64,000 bases of DNA from a virus, in IMG/VR virus record IMGVR_UViG_3300037427_000542, positions 19,601 through 83,600 of that record. One strand, written 5' to 3'. Position 1 is the stretch's first letter; the number at the start of each line of letters is the position of its first letter. The translations under genes and the position numbers were made by a program. This document shows positions 1 to 9,618 of the stretch, in pieces. The notes beneath the pieces are model-generated. The model ran no database searches, was not told where the DNA came from, and worked only from the letters and a program-made list of their open reading frames with translations.

Positions 1-2
1 TA

Positions 3-236
3 CACTTAACACAAGAAAAATTAGAACACTTACTTAGGTATGCACCTAAGAATATTCCACATGCTGATACAGCAGATGTAAAAGGCTTGCCACTAGCAAT
101 GCCTGATGATGTAAAAGGTGAGAGTGTAGTCAACTCTTATCGTAGGTATTACAACAAATATAAAATTGACTTTGCTAAATATACAAACAGAGAGGAACCA
201 ACATGGCTAACAAGGCATACCGTAAACGCTATATAA
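3..236 (+). CDS. 3' part of conserved phage protein, pyrimidine-dimer DNA glycosylase-like family (truncated by window edge)
   Basis: Manual translation of frame starting at 3: ...PLAMPDDVKGESVVNSYRRYYNKYKIDFAKYTNREEPTWL...; resembles the family C-terminus; stop TAA 234-236. Confidence 0.55.
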   Translation, partial: HLTQEKLEHLLRYAPKNIPHADTADVKGLPLAMPDDVKGESVVNSYRRYYNKYKIDFAKYTNREEPTWLTRHTVNAI

Positions 237-598
237 AAGTAAGCTTTCAGAAAGAAGGAGTACACTTCTTCCCTGGAGCAGATACAAATCCTAAATATGC
301 TACAGGCGATTGGGATGATGTTAGCTTCTTAGGATATCCTCATAGGCACATGTTCCATTTCTATATTACATTAGGAGTTACACATAACGATCGTGATGTA
401 GAGTTCATACAATTTAAGCGTGAACTAGAAAGAACTTTTGATCAAGGTGTAATTAAACTAGACCACCAATCATGTGAAATGATTGGCGAATCACTTATAA
501 ATTATATAGAAGAGAAGTATCCTAACAGAGCTGTTAGAGTTGAAGTATTTGAGGATAATGAAAACGGAGGCATCATAGAAAATGATTTATTTAGTTGA
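203..598 (+). CDS. QueD-like T-fold protein (DpdL-like, putative 7-carboxy-7-deazaguanine decarboxylase)
   Basis: LGYPHRHMF (LxxxHRHxF) in place of the QueD CxxxHGH motif; SCE and EDNENG motifs; near a canonical QueD. Confidence 0.7.
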   Translation: MANKAYRKRYIKVSFQKEGVHFFPGADTNPKYATGDWDDVSFLGYPHRHMFHFYITLGVTHNDRDVEFIQFKRELERTFDQGVIKLDHQSCEMIGESLINYIEEKYPNRAVRVEVFEDNENGGIIENDLFS

Positions 599-1655
599 TT
601 TAGAATATGTAGAAACTAGATATACTGCCCAATGGAAAACAGAATTCCCTCAGCAAATAGCAGATGAGACTGGACAAGACATTACAGTTATTGAAGGTCC
701 AGAAGAAATAGCAGCATGCACAACACCAGGTGCTTTTTTAAACTTTGCAGGCACAAACATTTATAAAGCAGAACAAGTAAAATTGTTAGCAGAGTACTTT
801 AATAATAATCAGATTAAGAATGGAGATCACTTTGTTTTTGCAGACGCTTGGCATCCAGGTATAATTAATCTTAAATATATGTTAGATCTATTTCAGATAG
901 ATGCAACAATACATGCACTATGGCATGCAGGCAGTTATGATCCACAAGATTTTTTAGGTAGAAAGATAGGCAATAAACCTTGGGTTAGACATACAGAATT
1001 AGCTTTCTTCGATGCTATAGATAAAAATTATTTTGCTAGTAATTTTCATATAGAAATGTTTGCTAGTACATTCTTTAATCCTTCAGACGAAGAATATATT
1101 AATAGTAAAATTGTTAGAACAGGCTGGCCTATGGAGTACTTAGGTAACTACATACAAGCAGGTAGAATAGAAAAAGACAATATTATTTTATTCCCTCACA
1201 GAGATGCACCTGAGAAACAACTAAGTATATTTAAAGATTTAGAAAAAGAATTACCACAATATAAATGGATTAATTGTAACGAATATAATTTAACTAAGGT
1301 TGAATATAATCAGTTACTTGAACAATCCAAGATGGTATTCTCAGCAAACTTACAAGAAACATTAGGCATTAGCTGTTATGAAATACTAATGGCAGGAGGT
1401 ATGCCTCTTGTTCCTAATAGACTATCTTATGTAGAAATGTATGAGGATATATTTAAGTACCCTACGCAATTTACAAAAGACTGGAAAGGATATCAAGACA
1501 ATAAAAGTATTCTATTAGGCAAGATAGAAACAATGATGGAAAATTTTAATTCACCTGAAATACAAGGTGCAATTAAGAGTAATAGAGACACGCTGAAGAC
1601 ACAATACTTCTCGGCAACAAACATATATCAGGAGTTAATGAATGAGAAAATTTAA
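582..1655 (+). CDS. GT-B fold glycosyltransferase
   Basis: C-terminal FPHRDAPEKQ and ETLGISCYE (Ex7E) motifs typical of GT4-like enzymes; flanked by two QueD-family genes. Confidence 0.7.
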   Translation: MIYLVDLEYVETRYTAQWKTEFPQQIADETGQDITVIEGPEEIAACTTPGAFLNFAGTNIYKAEQVKLLAEYFNNNQIKNGDHFVFADAWHPGIINLKYMLDLFQIDATIHALWHAGSYDPQDFLGRKIGNKPWVRHTELAFFDAIDKNYFASNFHIEMFASTFFNPSDEEYINSKIVRTGWPMEYLGNYIQAGRIEKDNIILFPHRDAPEKQLSIFKDLEKELPQYKWINCNEYNLTKVEYNQLLEQSKMVFSANLQETLGISCYEILMAGGMPLVPNRLSYVEMYEDIFKYPTQFTKDWKGYQDNKSILLGKIETMMENFNSPEIQGAIKSNRDTLKTQYFSATNIYQELMNEKI

Positions 1656-2097
1656 ATATTTATCTACAAAAACATATGGACATGAGGAAGGCTTATCATG
1701 TGTATTTAGACAACCCTTGGCCTTACATAGTCATTGCAGTTTATTACATGGATATGCTTTATCTTTTAGTTTTAAGTTTGGTTGTGAGAAATTAGACGAC
1801 AAGAATTGGGTAGTAGATTTTGGCAACTTAAAGGAATTAAAAAAGTGGTTGAAAGATTCTTTTGATCACAAACATGCAGTAGCAAAAGACGATCCTGAGA
1901 TGGGAACATTTCTTAAACTAGAAGAACAAGGATTGTCAGAAGTAGTAGTAATGAATGGTGTTGGTTGTGAGAAATTTGCAGAACAAGCATTTCATTATGC
2001 AGATGAATTAGTAAGTAACTTGACAGACGGCAGATGTTATGCTGTCTCATGTGAAGTTAGGGAACACGGGGCTAACAGCGCTATATACGAGGGCTAA
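1642..2097 (+). CDS. queD: 6-carboxy-5,6,7,8-tetrahydropterin synthase
   Basis: HCSLLHGY, WVVDFG, FDH, GCEKFA and EHGANSA motifs. Confidence 0.88.
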   Translation: MRKFKYLSTKTYGHEEGLSCVFRQPLALHSHCSLLHGYALSFSFKFGCEKLDDKNWVVDFGNLKELKKWLKDSFDHKHAVAKDDPEMGTFLKLEEQGLSEVVVMNGVGCEKFAEQAFHYADELVSNLTDGRCYAVSCEVREHGANSAIYEG

Positions 2098-2100
2098 CTT

Positions 2101-3162
2101 ATGAAAGTAGCTCTAGTTACAGACACCCATTTTGGTGCCAGAAGTGATAGTCTAGCTTTCGATGCTTACTTTGCTAAGTTTTATGACGAAACATTCTTTC
2201 CTTATTTAAAAGAACATGATATTAAAACTGTATGCCACTTGGGTGACATATTTGATAGACGAAAGTATATAAATTTTAATACATTGAAGTCCTGTAAAAG
2301 ATACTTCTTTAAACAGGCAGAGGATTTAGGTATAGACATACACATGATTCCAGGTAATCATGATACCTATTTTAAAAATACAAATGATGTAAACAGCCCT
2401 GACTTATTGTTAGGAGAATATAACAACATAACATTATATCAGGAACCAACAGAAATAATGTTAGATAGAGAGAAGGTACTTTACCTTCCATGGATATGTG
2501 GTGAGAATTATGACAGGACTATGGCCAAAATTAAAGAATCTGACGCAAAGACTTGCTTCGGACATTTCGAGTTCGCAGGTTACTTCCTTCTTCCTGGAAT
2601 GCCTAATCTCCATGGCATGGATACTGACGCTTTTGTTGACTTTGATCTTGTGGTCAGTGGCCATTTCCATCATCGCCATAGCAGAGGGAATATTACATAT
2701 ATGGGCAACCCTTATGAAATCACTTGGTCTGACTATAAAGACCCTAGAGGTTTCGCCATATATGACACGGTTAAAAGAGATTTGGAGTACATCAACAACC
2801 CGTTTAGAATCTTCCACAAGATTTATTACGACGATTCAGATTTCGAGGGGAGCAATGCCATTAGCAATTTTGATTTTACTAGTGTCGTTGGTTCTAATGT
2901 TAAACTAATTGTAAATAAAAAGACAGACTATAAAAAGTTTGATGTCTTTGTAGACAAATTATACACATGCAATCTAATTGATCTAAAAATTATTGAAGAC
3001 TTCTCAGAGTTTGAGGATGAGGCATTGGGTGAGGAAATAGATCTAGAAGATACAATGACATTGCTAAAAGAATATGTTGATGTTGTTGAAACAGATTTAG
3101 ACAAACAACGAATTAAAAATTTACTACAGAGCCTATACATCGAGGCACAAGATACAGTATGA
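2101..3162 (+). CDS. gp47: Recombination endonuclease subunit, T4 gp47 (Mre11/SbcD-like)
   Basis: Metallophosphoesterase motifs DTHFG, GDIFD, GNHD, GHFH; upstream of gp46. Confidence 0.95.
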   Translation: MKVALVTDTHFGARSDSLAFDAYFAKFYDETFFPYLKEHDIKTVCHLGDIFDRRKYINFNTLKSCKRYFFKQAEDLGIDIHMIPGNHDTYFKNTNDVNSPDLLLGEYNNITLYQEPTEIMLDREKVLYLPWICGENYDRTMAKIKESDAKTCFGHFEFAGYFLLPGMPNLHGMDTDAFVDFDLVVSGHFHHRHSRGNITYMGNPYEITWSDYKDPRGFAIYDTVKRDLEYINNPFRIFHKIYYDDSDFEGSNAISNFDFTSVVGSNVKLIVNKKTDYKKFDVFVDKLYTCNLIDLKIIEDFSEFEDEALGEEIDLEDTMTLLKEYVDVVETDLDKQRIKNLLQSLYIEAQDTV

Positions 3163-4856
3163 TACAATTTAAAAATATTAAATGGAAAAATTTCCTGTCG
3201 ACTGGTAATGCTTATACAGAGATTGATTTTACAAAGTCTCCTAGTACATTAATTATAGGTGAGAACGGTTCAGGTAAATCTACATTATTAGATGCTTTGA
3301 CATTTGCATTATTTAATAAACCTTTTAGGAATGTATCTAAGCCCCAACTTATTAATACTATTAATGGCAAGAATTGTTTAGTAGAAATAGCATTTAGTAT
3401 AGGCACAAAGAACTATACTATTAAGAGAGGACTACAACCTAGAGTATTTGATATTACAATTAATGGAGACTTGTTAGATAAGAATGCTAACATAAGAGAC
3501 TTCCAAAAATATCTAGAAGAGAATATTCTAAAACTTAATTACAAGTCTTTTACACAAATTGTTATGTTAGGTAGTGCCTCATTTACACCTTTCATGCAGT
3601 TACACTTGGGTGCTAGGCGAGAGATTATTGAGGATATATTAGACATCAGTATCTTTACAAGCATGAATGCTGTACTTAAAGGCAAGCTTACACAATTAGA
3701 AAACGATAAAAGAATTATAGAAGGTGAGATAGATGTTGCAAAACAAAAGTGTAATCTTCAAGAAACATATATAAAAACATTGGAGGATGATAAATCATCT
3801 AAAGTCACACAGATCTTAAAAGACATTAAGGAGACTGATAATGCGATCGAGACGGCTACTGAAGAAGCTCAGCGATTCGGGAAGGAGAAGCAGGAGGTTG
3901 GTCCTGTTAGCGAAAAGAAAAGAAAACTTGAAGAATTTAGAAGCAAGTTCGAAAGTCAAATTGCCAACCACAGAAAAGAACTAGAGTTCTTCCACAACAA
4001 TGAAGAGTGTCCTACTTGCCAGCAAGGCATAGAACACGATCACAAAGATTTAATGACACAAAGAGATGAACAAAAAATCTCTGAACTTGAAACAGCTCTA
4101 GAAGAACTGAATACGAAGTATAGCGAGGTAGAAGTATTAGTACAAAAGGTTCAAGAGTTAGATGAAAAGATAATAGAAACAAACAATGAAGTCATTACAC
4201 AACAAAGAATACAACAGCGCCTACAGTTAGAACTTAGTGATACAGAACACAAGACAGGCAACATTAAAGATGAGAAAACAAAACTTAAAACTCTAGCAAA
4301 GAGTACACTTAAAAAGGTTGAAAGTAGAAGTGAACTAAGCAACAACGAACATTATTTTAATGTTGCTAAGTCTATGTTACAGGATACCGGAATCAAGACA
4401 AAGATTATAAAAGCATATCTACCTATAATAAATAAATTAGTTAACAAATATTTAGCAGCAATGGATTTCTTTGTTCAGTTTGATTTAGACGAAACATTTA
4501 AAGAAACTATTAAGAGTAGAGGCAGAGATAAATTTAGTTACGCATCTTTTAGTGAAGGTGAAAAACAAAGAATAGATTTAGCATTAGTTTTTACATGGAG
4601 AACTATTGCTAAGATGAAGAACAGCGCTAGTACAAATATTTTATTATTAGATGAAGTGTTTGATAGTAGTTTAGATGTTAATGGTACAGACTATGTTATG
4701 GAATTGTTGAACACAATAGGCGAAGATACAAATGTCTTTGTAATCTCGCACAAGGGTGATCAACTATTTGACAAGTTTAGATCTGTAGTTAGATTTGAAA
4801 AAAGACAAAACTATTCTGTATTAGAGAATAGGAAAAAAGAAAATGAAATACACTGA
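3159..4856 (+). CDS. gp46: Recombination endonuclease ATPase subunit, T4 gp46 (Rad50/SbcC-like)
   Basis: Walker A GENGSGKS, CPTC zinc hook, FSEGE signature, LLDEVFD Walker B. Confidence 0.95.
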   Translation: MIQFKNIKWKNFLSTGNAYTEIDFTKSPSTLIIGENGSGKSTLLDALTFALFNKPFRNVSKPQLINTINGKNCLVEIAFSIGTKNYTIKRGLQPRVFDITINGDLLDKNANIRDFQKYLEENILKLNYKSFTQIVMLGSASFTPFMQLHLGARREIIEDILDISIFTSMNAVLKGKLTQLENDKRIIEGEIDVAKQKCNLQETYIKTLEDDKSSKVTQILKDIKETDNAIETATEEAQRFGKEKQEVGPVSEKKRKLEEFRSKFESQIANHRKELEFFHNNEECPTCQQGIEHDHKDLMTQRDEQKISELETALEELNTKYSEVEVLVQKVQELDEKIIETNNEVITQQRIQQRLQLELSDTEHKTGNIKDEKTKLKTLAKSTLKKVESRSELSNNEHYFNVAKSMLQDTGIKTKIIKAYLPIINKLVNKYLAAMDFFVQFDLDETFKETIKSRGRDKFSYASFSEGEKQRIDLALVFTWRTIAKMKNSASTNILLLDEVFDSSLDVNGTDYVMELLNTIGEDTNVFVISHKGDQLFDKFRSVVRFEKRQNYSVLENRKKENEIH

Positions 4857-5496
4857 ACAATTTGCCAAACACGAATACTTAACAGACAAATGCTGGCCAC
4901 ATACATATGGTCCTAAGATTTATGATGACTTGTTTGAACCTATACAACATACAGTTAGAAATTATTTAGAGTTAGGCTCTGCTTATGGTGGGTCTGCTTT
5001 ATTAGCTAGAGATTATTTTACTAGGGCTACAGTATGGACAGTAGATATTGTTAGTCCTAATAGAAGAATACAATCCTCAGATAGAATTATTACATTACAA
5101 GCAGACGCATATCAAAAACGAATAGCTGATATGTTTCCACCTGACATGGATATTATTATTGATGATGCCTCACATAATATAGAGCATCAACAAAAAGCAA
5201 TTGAATTATATCTTTCTAAACTAACAGTAGGTGGACATTTTATTATAGAAGATGTAGAGTCTCCAACAAACTCTTTTAAATTGTTTGATAAAAAAGTAGA
5301 CGAGGTTTATAACAAATTAAAGACTCGAGGTAATATGTATCTTGACTATGAAGTATCTACATACGAAGGCCCAGAGTACTATGCTAATGTAAAACCTGGA
5401 AGAGAAGAACAAGCAGAAGAAGAAATGAAAGAGTATGGTGAGTTAAGACTAAAAGCAAAGAATGATAACTTATACATTGTAAAGAGAAAAGTATGA
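4843..5496 (+). CDS. Class I SAM-dependent methyltransferase
   Basis: YLELGSAYGGS motif I, DIIIDDASH, GGHFIIED. Confidence 0.8.
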   Translation: MKYTEQFAKHEYLTDKCWPHTYGPKIYDDLFEPIQHTVRNYLELGSAYGGSALLARDYFTRATVWTVDIVSPNRRIQSSDRIITLQADAYQKRIADMFPPDMDIIIDDASHNIEHQQKAIELYLSKLTVGGHFIIEDVESPTNSFKLFDKKVDEVYNKLKTRGNMYLDYEVSTYEGPEYYANVKPGREEQAEEEMKEYGELRLKAKNDNLYIVKRKV

Positions 5497-6581
5497 ATAA
5501 TGAAAATATCAAAGTTATATTAAGAAATCCATTACAAGTAAAAGTCCAAGAAGGTTATAGTGACTTTTTAGAATACACTATTCATCCTTTAGATACACCT
5601 ATTAAAGAAGCTTGGTTAGAAAAACTTAGAGATATACTTAGACAAAATTTACCTATTGACAATGACTTTTGCCACTTAGGTTTCCCACAGACACATAGGG
5701 ACTTACCTTTTCTATGTAATAGACTCAACGATTGTAAAAGAATAATAAATGAATTTCCCTGGGAAGACTTTGTACTCAGACCAATAAAAATAACAGAAAC
5801 ATTTACACCTGAATTATGTGTAAGAGAAGAGTCGGTTCATACAGGTATCACAGGAGGCGCAGACGATTGGGTTAATCATGATGTAATGAATACTCTTCAT
5901 AACTATTTTGAGAAAATGAATGGTACAATAGAAAATCCTTCTCCCTATATAGCAGCAGCACAAAAATGGCCAGAGATAATAATTGATGATGTTATACATT
6001 ATCCTAAAAATGTAGATCAAAATACACCATGCGCACAGGCAATAAAAGATCTAAATTTAATATGTCATGAGATGGAATCATTAATTAACGCAATGAAAGC
6101 AGGGCTAGATGCTACATCAACAACTATTGTACAATGGAACAGATCAGATAGATGGCCTTTAGAAGACTATATGAGAGATGGATTCGTACAAAATAGATAC
6201 AAAAGAGTTCCTGGTGGTGTATATTTACATTGGAGTCAAGTAGGTAAAACATTATTAGAAGTATTCAATGATGAAGGTGCTCCTAAGTTAGACAAAACAA
6301 CCTGTGAGGCTATAACACATTTGGATTATTATAGTGCAATGTTTGATATACATTGGGGACCTGATCAAGACTGGGCACCGGATACTTTCTGGCCTTGGTT
6401 AGAAGAGAATGGATTAGATCCTAATGATAAATATCTTTCATTAGGATTCATGCCTATAGGTCAAGTAAACTTAGAACAATCTTTCGGAACGGAAGATCCC
6501 AAGAAAATTTTAGCTATTAAAGGCAGGTATCTACATATACATAGTATAGAGTTCGATGGTATTAAAGCTGTGTATGAGTAA
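5493..6581 (+). CDS. Hypothetical protein (paralog of 30973-31722)
   Basis: Long ORF; shares NxLHxYF, LNxxxHxxE, PGxxYxxxxxVGK and GxxP blocks with the 30973 ORF. Confidence 0.7.
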   Translation: MNNENIKVILRNPLQVKVQEGYSDFLEYTIHPLDTPIKEAWLEKLRDILRQNLPIDNDFCHLGFPQTHRDLPFLCNRLNDCKRIINEFPWEDFVLRPIKITETFTPELCVREESVHTGITGGADDWVNHDVMNTLHNYFEKMNGTIENPSPYIAAAQKWPEIIIDDVIHYPKNVDQNTPCAQAIKDLNLICHEMESLINAMKAGLDATSTTIVQWNRSDRWPLEDYMRDGFVQNRYKRVPGGVYLHWSQVGKTLLEVFNDEGAPKLDKTTCEAITHLDYYSAMFDIHWGPDQDWAPDTFWPWLEENGLDPNDKYLSLGFMPIGQVNLEQSFGTEDPKKILAIKGRYLHIHSIEFDGIKAVYE

Positions 6582-6669
6582 ATGGCACGGTGGTAAAGGT
6601 AGTAAGCGACGACAAGGTAATGAAGATGCTTATAGAGATAATTGGGATTTAATTTTTAAAAGGAAAAAA

Positions 6670-6888
6670 ATGATAGAGATATATGGAAAACCAAGGTGTC
6701 CTTTTTGTGATAGAGCTAAAGCACTATGCGAACAGAAAGGATTAGATTATACTTATAAAATGTTGGATGCAGACTTTACTGCTGAGGAGATGTTTGAAAG
6801 AGCACCTAACGCTAAAACATTCCCACAAATTTTTATAGACGGTGAAGCTATTGGAGGCTTTACAGAACTGGAGAAACTACATGGCTGA
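6670..6888 (+). CDS. Glutaredoxin (possibly N-terminally extended from ATG 6574)
   Basis: CPFC active site, TFPQIF, IGGF; AGGA before ATG 6670. Confidence 0.9.
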   Translation: MIEIYGKPRCPFCDRAKALCEQKGLDYTYKMLDADFTAEEMFERAPNAKTFPQIFIDGEAIGGFTELEKLHG

Positions 6889-7246
6889 GTTTACTGGCAC
6901 AGGTTATATTGCTTTGCCGCTAACAGTACATATAAAGGACAGTCCTATCCATGGACAAGGTCTTTTTGCTAAGGAAGACATTCCTGTAGACACAGAGCTA
7001 GGAGAGGCACATGCTTTTCTAATGCAGGATTGGGATGGAGAAGGAGAGTGGGGTAGAAAAGAATGGATGAGAACTCCTTTAGGAGCTTTTATTAATCATA
7101 GTAATACACCTAATGCTCTTGTAGAAGTAAGAACTCCTGTAGAGTATCCTAATACCACAACACTAATTACAACCACTAATATTTTAGCTGGCGAAGAAAT
7201 AACAGTATCATATGATGAAGGTACATTTTCATTACTAGGACTATGA
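6881..7246 (+). CDS. SET-domain protein 1
   Basis: SPIHGQGLFA, FINHSNTPN, GEEITVSY; GGAG SD before ATG 6881. Confidence 0.85.
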   Translation: MAEFTGTGYIALPLTVHIKDSPIHGQGLFAKEDIPVDTELGEAHAFLMQDWDGEGEWGRKEWMRTPLGAFINHSNTPNALVEVRTPVEYPNTTTLITTTNILAGEEITVSYDEGTFSLLGL

Positions 7247-7596
7247 GTTTTAGTAAAGAAACATATCGTCCGTTACCAGAAGGGTTGACAATATCTCAAT
7301 CCAAAATAGATGGACTAGGGCTACACGCCTTAAAAGATTTCGAGGCAGGAGAGAAGTTTGGTGAGACACATGTATTAGTACATAGTAGAGACAGACATGA
7401 ATGGATTAGAACACCTCTTGGTGGATTTATAAATCATAGTGATAATCCTAATTGTTTTATTACTACAGACGCAGGTGATAGAACATTATATGCAACGATG
7501 CCTATTAAAGAAGGCGATGAAATTACAGTCTATTATAGATTCAAAGGTTACGACGGCATTATACATAATGATACAGAACCAGATATAGGATGTTAA
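7243..7596 (+). CDS. SET-domain protein 2
   Basis: SKIDGLGLHA, FINHSDNPNC, GDEITVYY. Confidence 0.85.
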   Translation: MSFSKETYRPLPEGLTISQSKIDGLGLHALKDFEAGEKFGETHVLVHSRDRHEWIRTPLGGFINHSDNPNCFITTDAGDRTLYATMPIKEGDEITVYYRFKGYDGIIHNDTEPDIGC

Positions 7597-7597
7597 A

Positions 7598-8170
7598 ATG
7601 GAAGAAGCAACGATAACAGAAAGTGAAACAACAGTATTGGATAAATTAGAGTTAATACCTTTTAACGATCCTTTATTAAAAAGAAAACCTAAACCTTTTG
7701 ACTTTGATAAAGACAATGCAAAAGAACTTAAACAAAAACTTCTCAAGGCAATGCACGAACTTGGAGGTGTAGGACTATCAGCTAACCAAGTAGGAATAGA
7801 TAAGGCAGTATTTGTTATAGGCGACGGTAAAGAAGAAGGACTACAAAAAGCATTCTTTAATCCTGAGATACTAGGTATAGGAAAAGACATGGAGTCTATG
7901 AAAGAAGGATGTTTATCCTTCCCAGGTTTGTGGCTTATGGTAAGTAGACCTAAACAGGCTATGATAAAATATTGGGACGAAGAAGGTGAAGAACATATGG
8001 AAACTTATGAAGGTGTAACGAGTCGTGTTATACAACATGAGTACGATCACATGTTAGGCCATAATTTTACATACAGAGTGTCTAAAATAAAATTAGATCG
8101 TGCTCTTAAAGCAATAGATAAAAAGATTAAGAAGTACCAAAGACGCCAGGCTCAGGCCAAACAGGCATAA
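7598..8170 (+). CDS. def: Peptide deformylase
   Basis: GVGLSANQVG, EGCLS and QHEYDH motifs. Confidence 0.95.
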   Translation: MEEATITESETTVLDKLELIPFNDPLLKRKPKPFDFDKDNAKELKQKLLKAMHELGGVGLSANQVGIDKAVFVIGDGKEEGLQKAFFNPEILGIGKDMESMKEGCLSFPGLWLMVSRPKQAMIKYWDEEGEEHMETYEGVTSRVIQHEYDHMLGHNFTYRVSKIKLDRALKAIDKKIKKYQRRQAQAKQA

Positions 8171-8173
8171 ATA
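8166..8173 (+). promoter_or_regulatory. Variant T4-type late promoter (CATAAATA)
   Basis: One mismatch to TATAAATA, followed by AAGGAG SD and ATG 8192. Confidence 0.45.
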
Positions 8174-8191
8174 GTATTAAAGGAGAAACAG

Positions 8192-8545
8192 ATGGCAGAT
8201 GACATATTTGACTTTGGTTTTACAGCAGTAGACGAACCTGATACACAGGCTTCTGCTCCTGCGCAACCAACTGTAGACTCAGACGCAATCTTAGATAAAC
8301 TAGCACAACTAGAAGCTAAGGTATTGAACGCAGATAACTCTGGAATGGTTAATGAACACAGGGCATTAATAGAATCAGATGTATCTAGCAAACTTCGTGA
8401 TGTAGAGGATCTTGTCCTCCCTTTACTTTACAATTTGCAAAAAAATCCTGAAAAGGAATATATTCATTGGCCAAATAGAACGGCTATTATTGACAAACAA
8501 ATTGAAAAGATAAAGGCGGTAACAAGATACTATGAGCGAGTCTAA
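8192..8545 (+). CDS. Hypothetical phage protein
   Basis: Strong SD; DFGFTAVD and YIHWPNR resemble conserved T4-like marine phage hypotheticals. Confidence 0.75.
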   Translation: MADDIFDFGFTAVDEPDTQASAPAQPTVDSDAILDKLAQLEAKVLNADNSGMVNEHRALIESDVSSKLRDVEDLVLPLLYNLQKNPEKEYIHWPNRTAIIDKQIEKIKAVTRYYERV

Positions 8546-9143
8546 CGGATTAAATAAAAACCAATTACAAAACGCATACCAAAGACCAGTAGCTAACATC
8601 TATGACTTGTACCTTACAGGTGCAATAGGAGATGCCAAAGACTATCAAGATTGGAATCAAATGATGAGATCAGCTACGGAAAATGATGTTGTTTACATAC
8701 ACATTAATTCTAATGGCGGTGAGATATTTACAGCTATACAATTAATGAGAACAATGCAGGAGACACAAGCAACAGTCATAGCTTCTGTGGAAGGTATGTG
8801 CATGTCAGCAGCCACATTACTATTCCTAACAGCAGATGTATGTGAAGTCTCAGAACATAGTCATTTTATGTTCCATACATACAGTTCAGGTAATTGGGGT
8901 AAGGGTAGTGAACAATTAGCCAATGTAATGGCAGATGATAAGTGGGCACGACATTTATTCAATACAGTTTATAAAGGATTTTTAGATCCTAAAGAGATGG
9001 AGTCAATGATTGATGGTAAAGATTTATGGATGAATCCTGCAGAAGTAGGCAAAAGACTAGAAAAAAGAAACAACCTGGCTAAGAAAGCTAGAGGACCAAA
9101 AAAGAAACAAAAAGCTTTACTTTCACCTACAAAGGCTTCATAA
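8532..9143 (+). CDS. ClpP-like serine protease
   Basis: IHINSNGG, CMSAAT (catalytic Ser), FMFH, DLWM motifs. Confidence 0.85.
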   Translation: MSESNGLNKNQLQNAYQRPVANIYDLYLTGAIGDAKDYQDWNQMMRSATENDVVYIHINSNGGEIFTAIQLMRTMQETQATVIASVEGMCMSAATLLFLTADVCEVSEHSHFMFHTYSSGNWGKGSEQLANVMADDKWARHLFNTVYKGFLDPKEMESMIDGKDLWMNPAEVGKRLEKRNNLAKKARGPKKKQKALLSPTKAS

Positions 9144-9166
9144 TAATAAGCGTAATAGGAGAAACT

Positions 9167-9610
9167 ATGATGAGAGAATTAAAAATATTTTTTACGGCAA
9201 TGTTTATATTTGCTTTACTAGCAGCTTGGGCACCAAGAGCTAACGCAGCAGATACATCAGATGTAATTGGAGCACTTTTATTTGGAGGTTGGTTAGGTAG
9301 TGAAATACAAAAAGACAGACGACCTATTGAACCTTATGTAACACATTTTCCTCATGGAACAATCATTGTTCCTGGATTCAAACAAAGAACAAACATGCAA
9401 TGCTTTTTTGAAATAGAAGCAGATGGCATGCCCAAGTATGCTGTACCTAACTGTTCTACTACTGGTAGCAGTTATTATAACAGACACACTAACACAAAAA
9501 TCCTGCAACAGGATATGTATCCTTGTGGTAGTTATTGGGGATATGGTTGTCAGTACTTAGTTCAAAAGCTAAAAGCTGGAACCATTACAGGGGTATTTAA
9601 TTTTAATTAA
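9167..9610 (+). CDS. Hypothetical exported protein
   Basis: SD AGGAG; N-terminal signal peptide ending ANA; glycine-zipper-like segment; 4 Cys. Confidence 0.65.
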   Translation: MMRELKIFFTAMFIFALLAAWAPRANAADTSDVIGALLFGGWLGSEIQKDRRPIEPYVTHFPHGTIIVPGFKQRTNMQCFFEIEADGMPKYAVPNCSTTGSSYYNRHTNTKILQQDMYPCGSYWGYGCQYLVQKLKAGTITGVFNFN

Positions 9611-9618
9611 GGAGTAAG

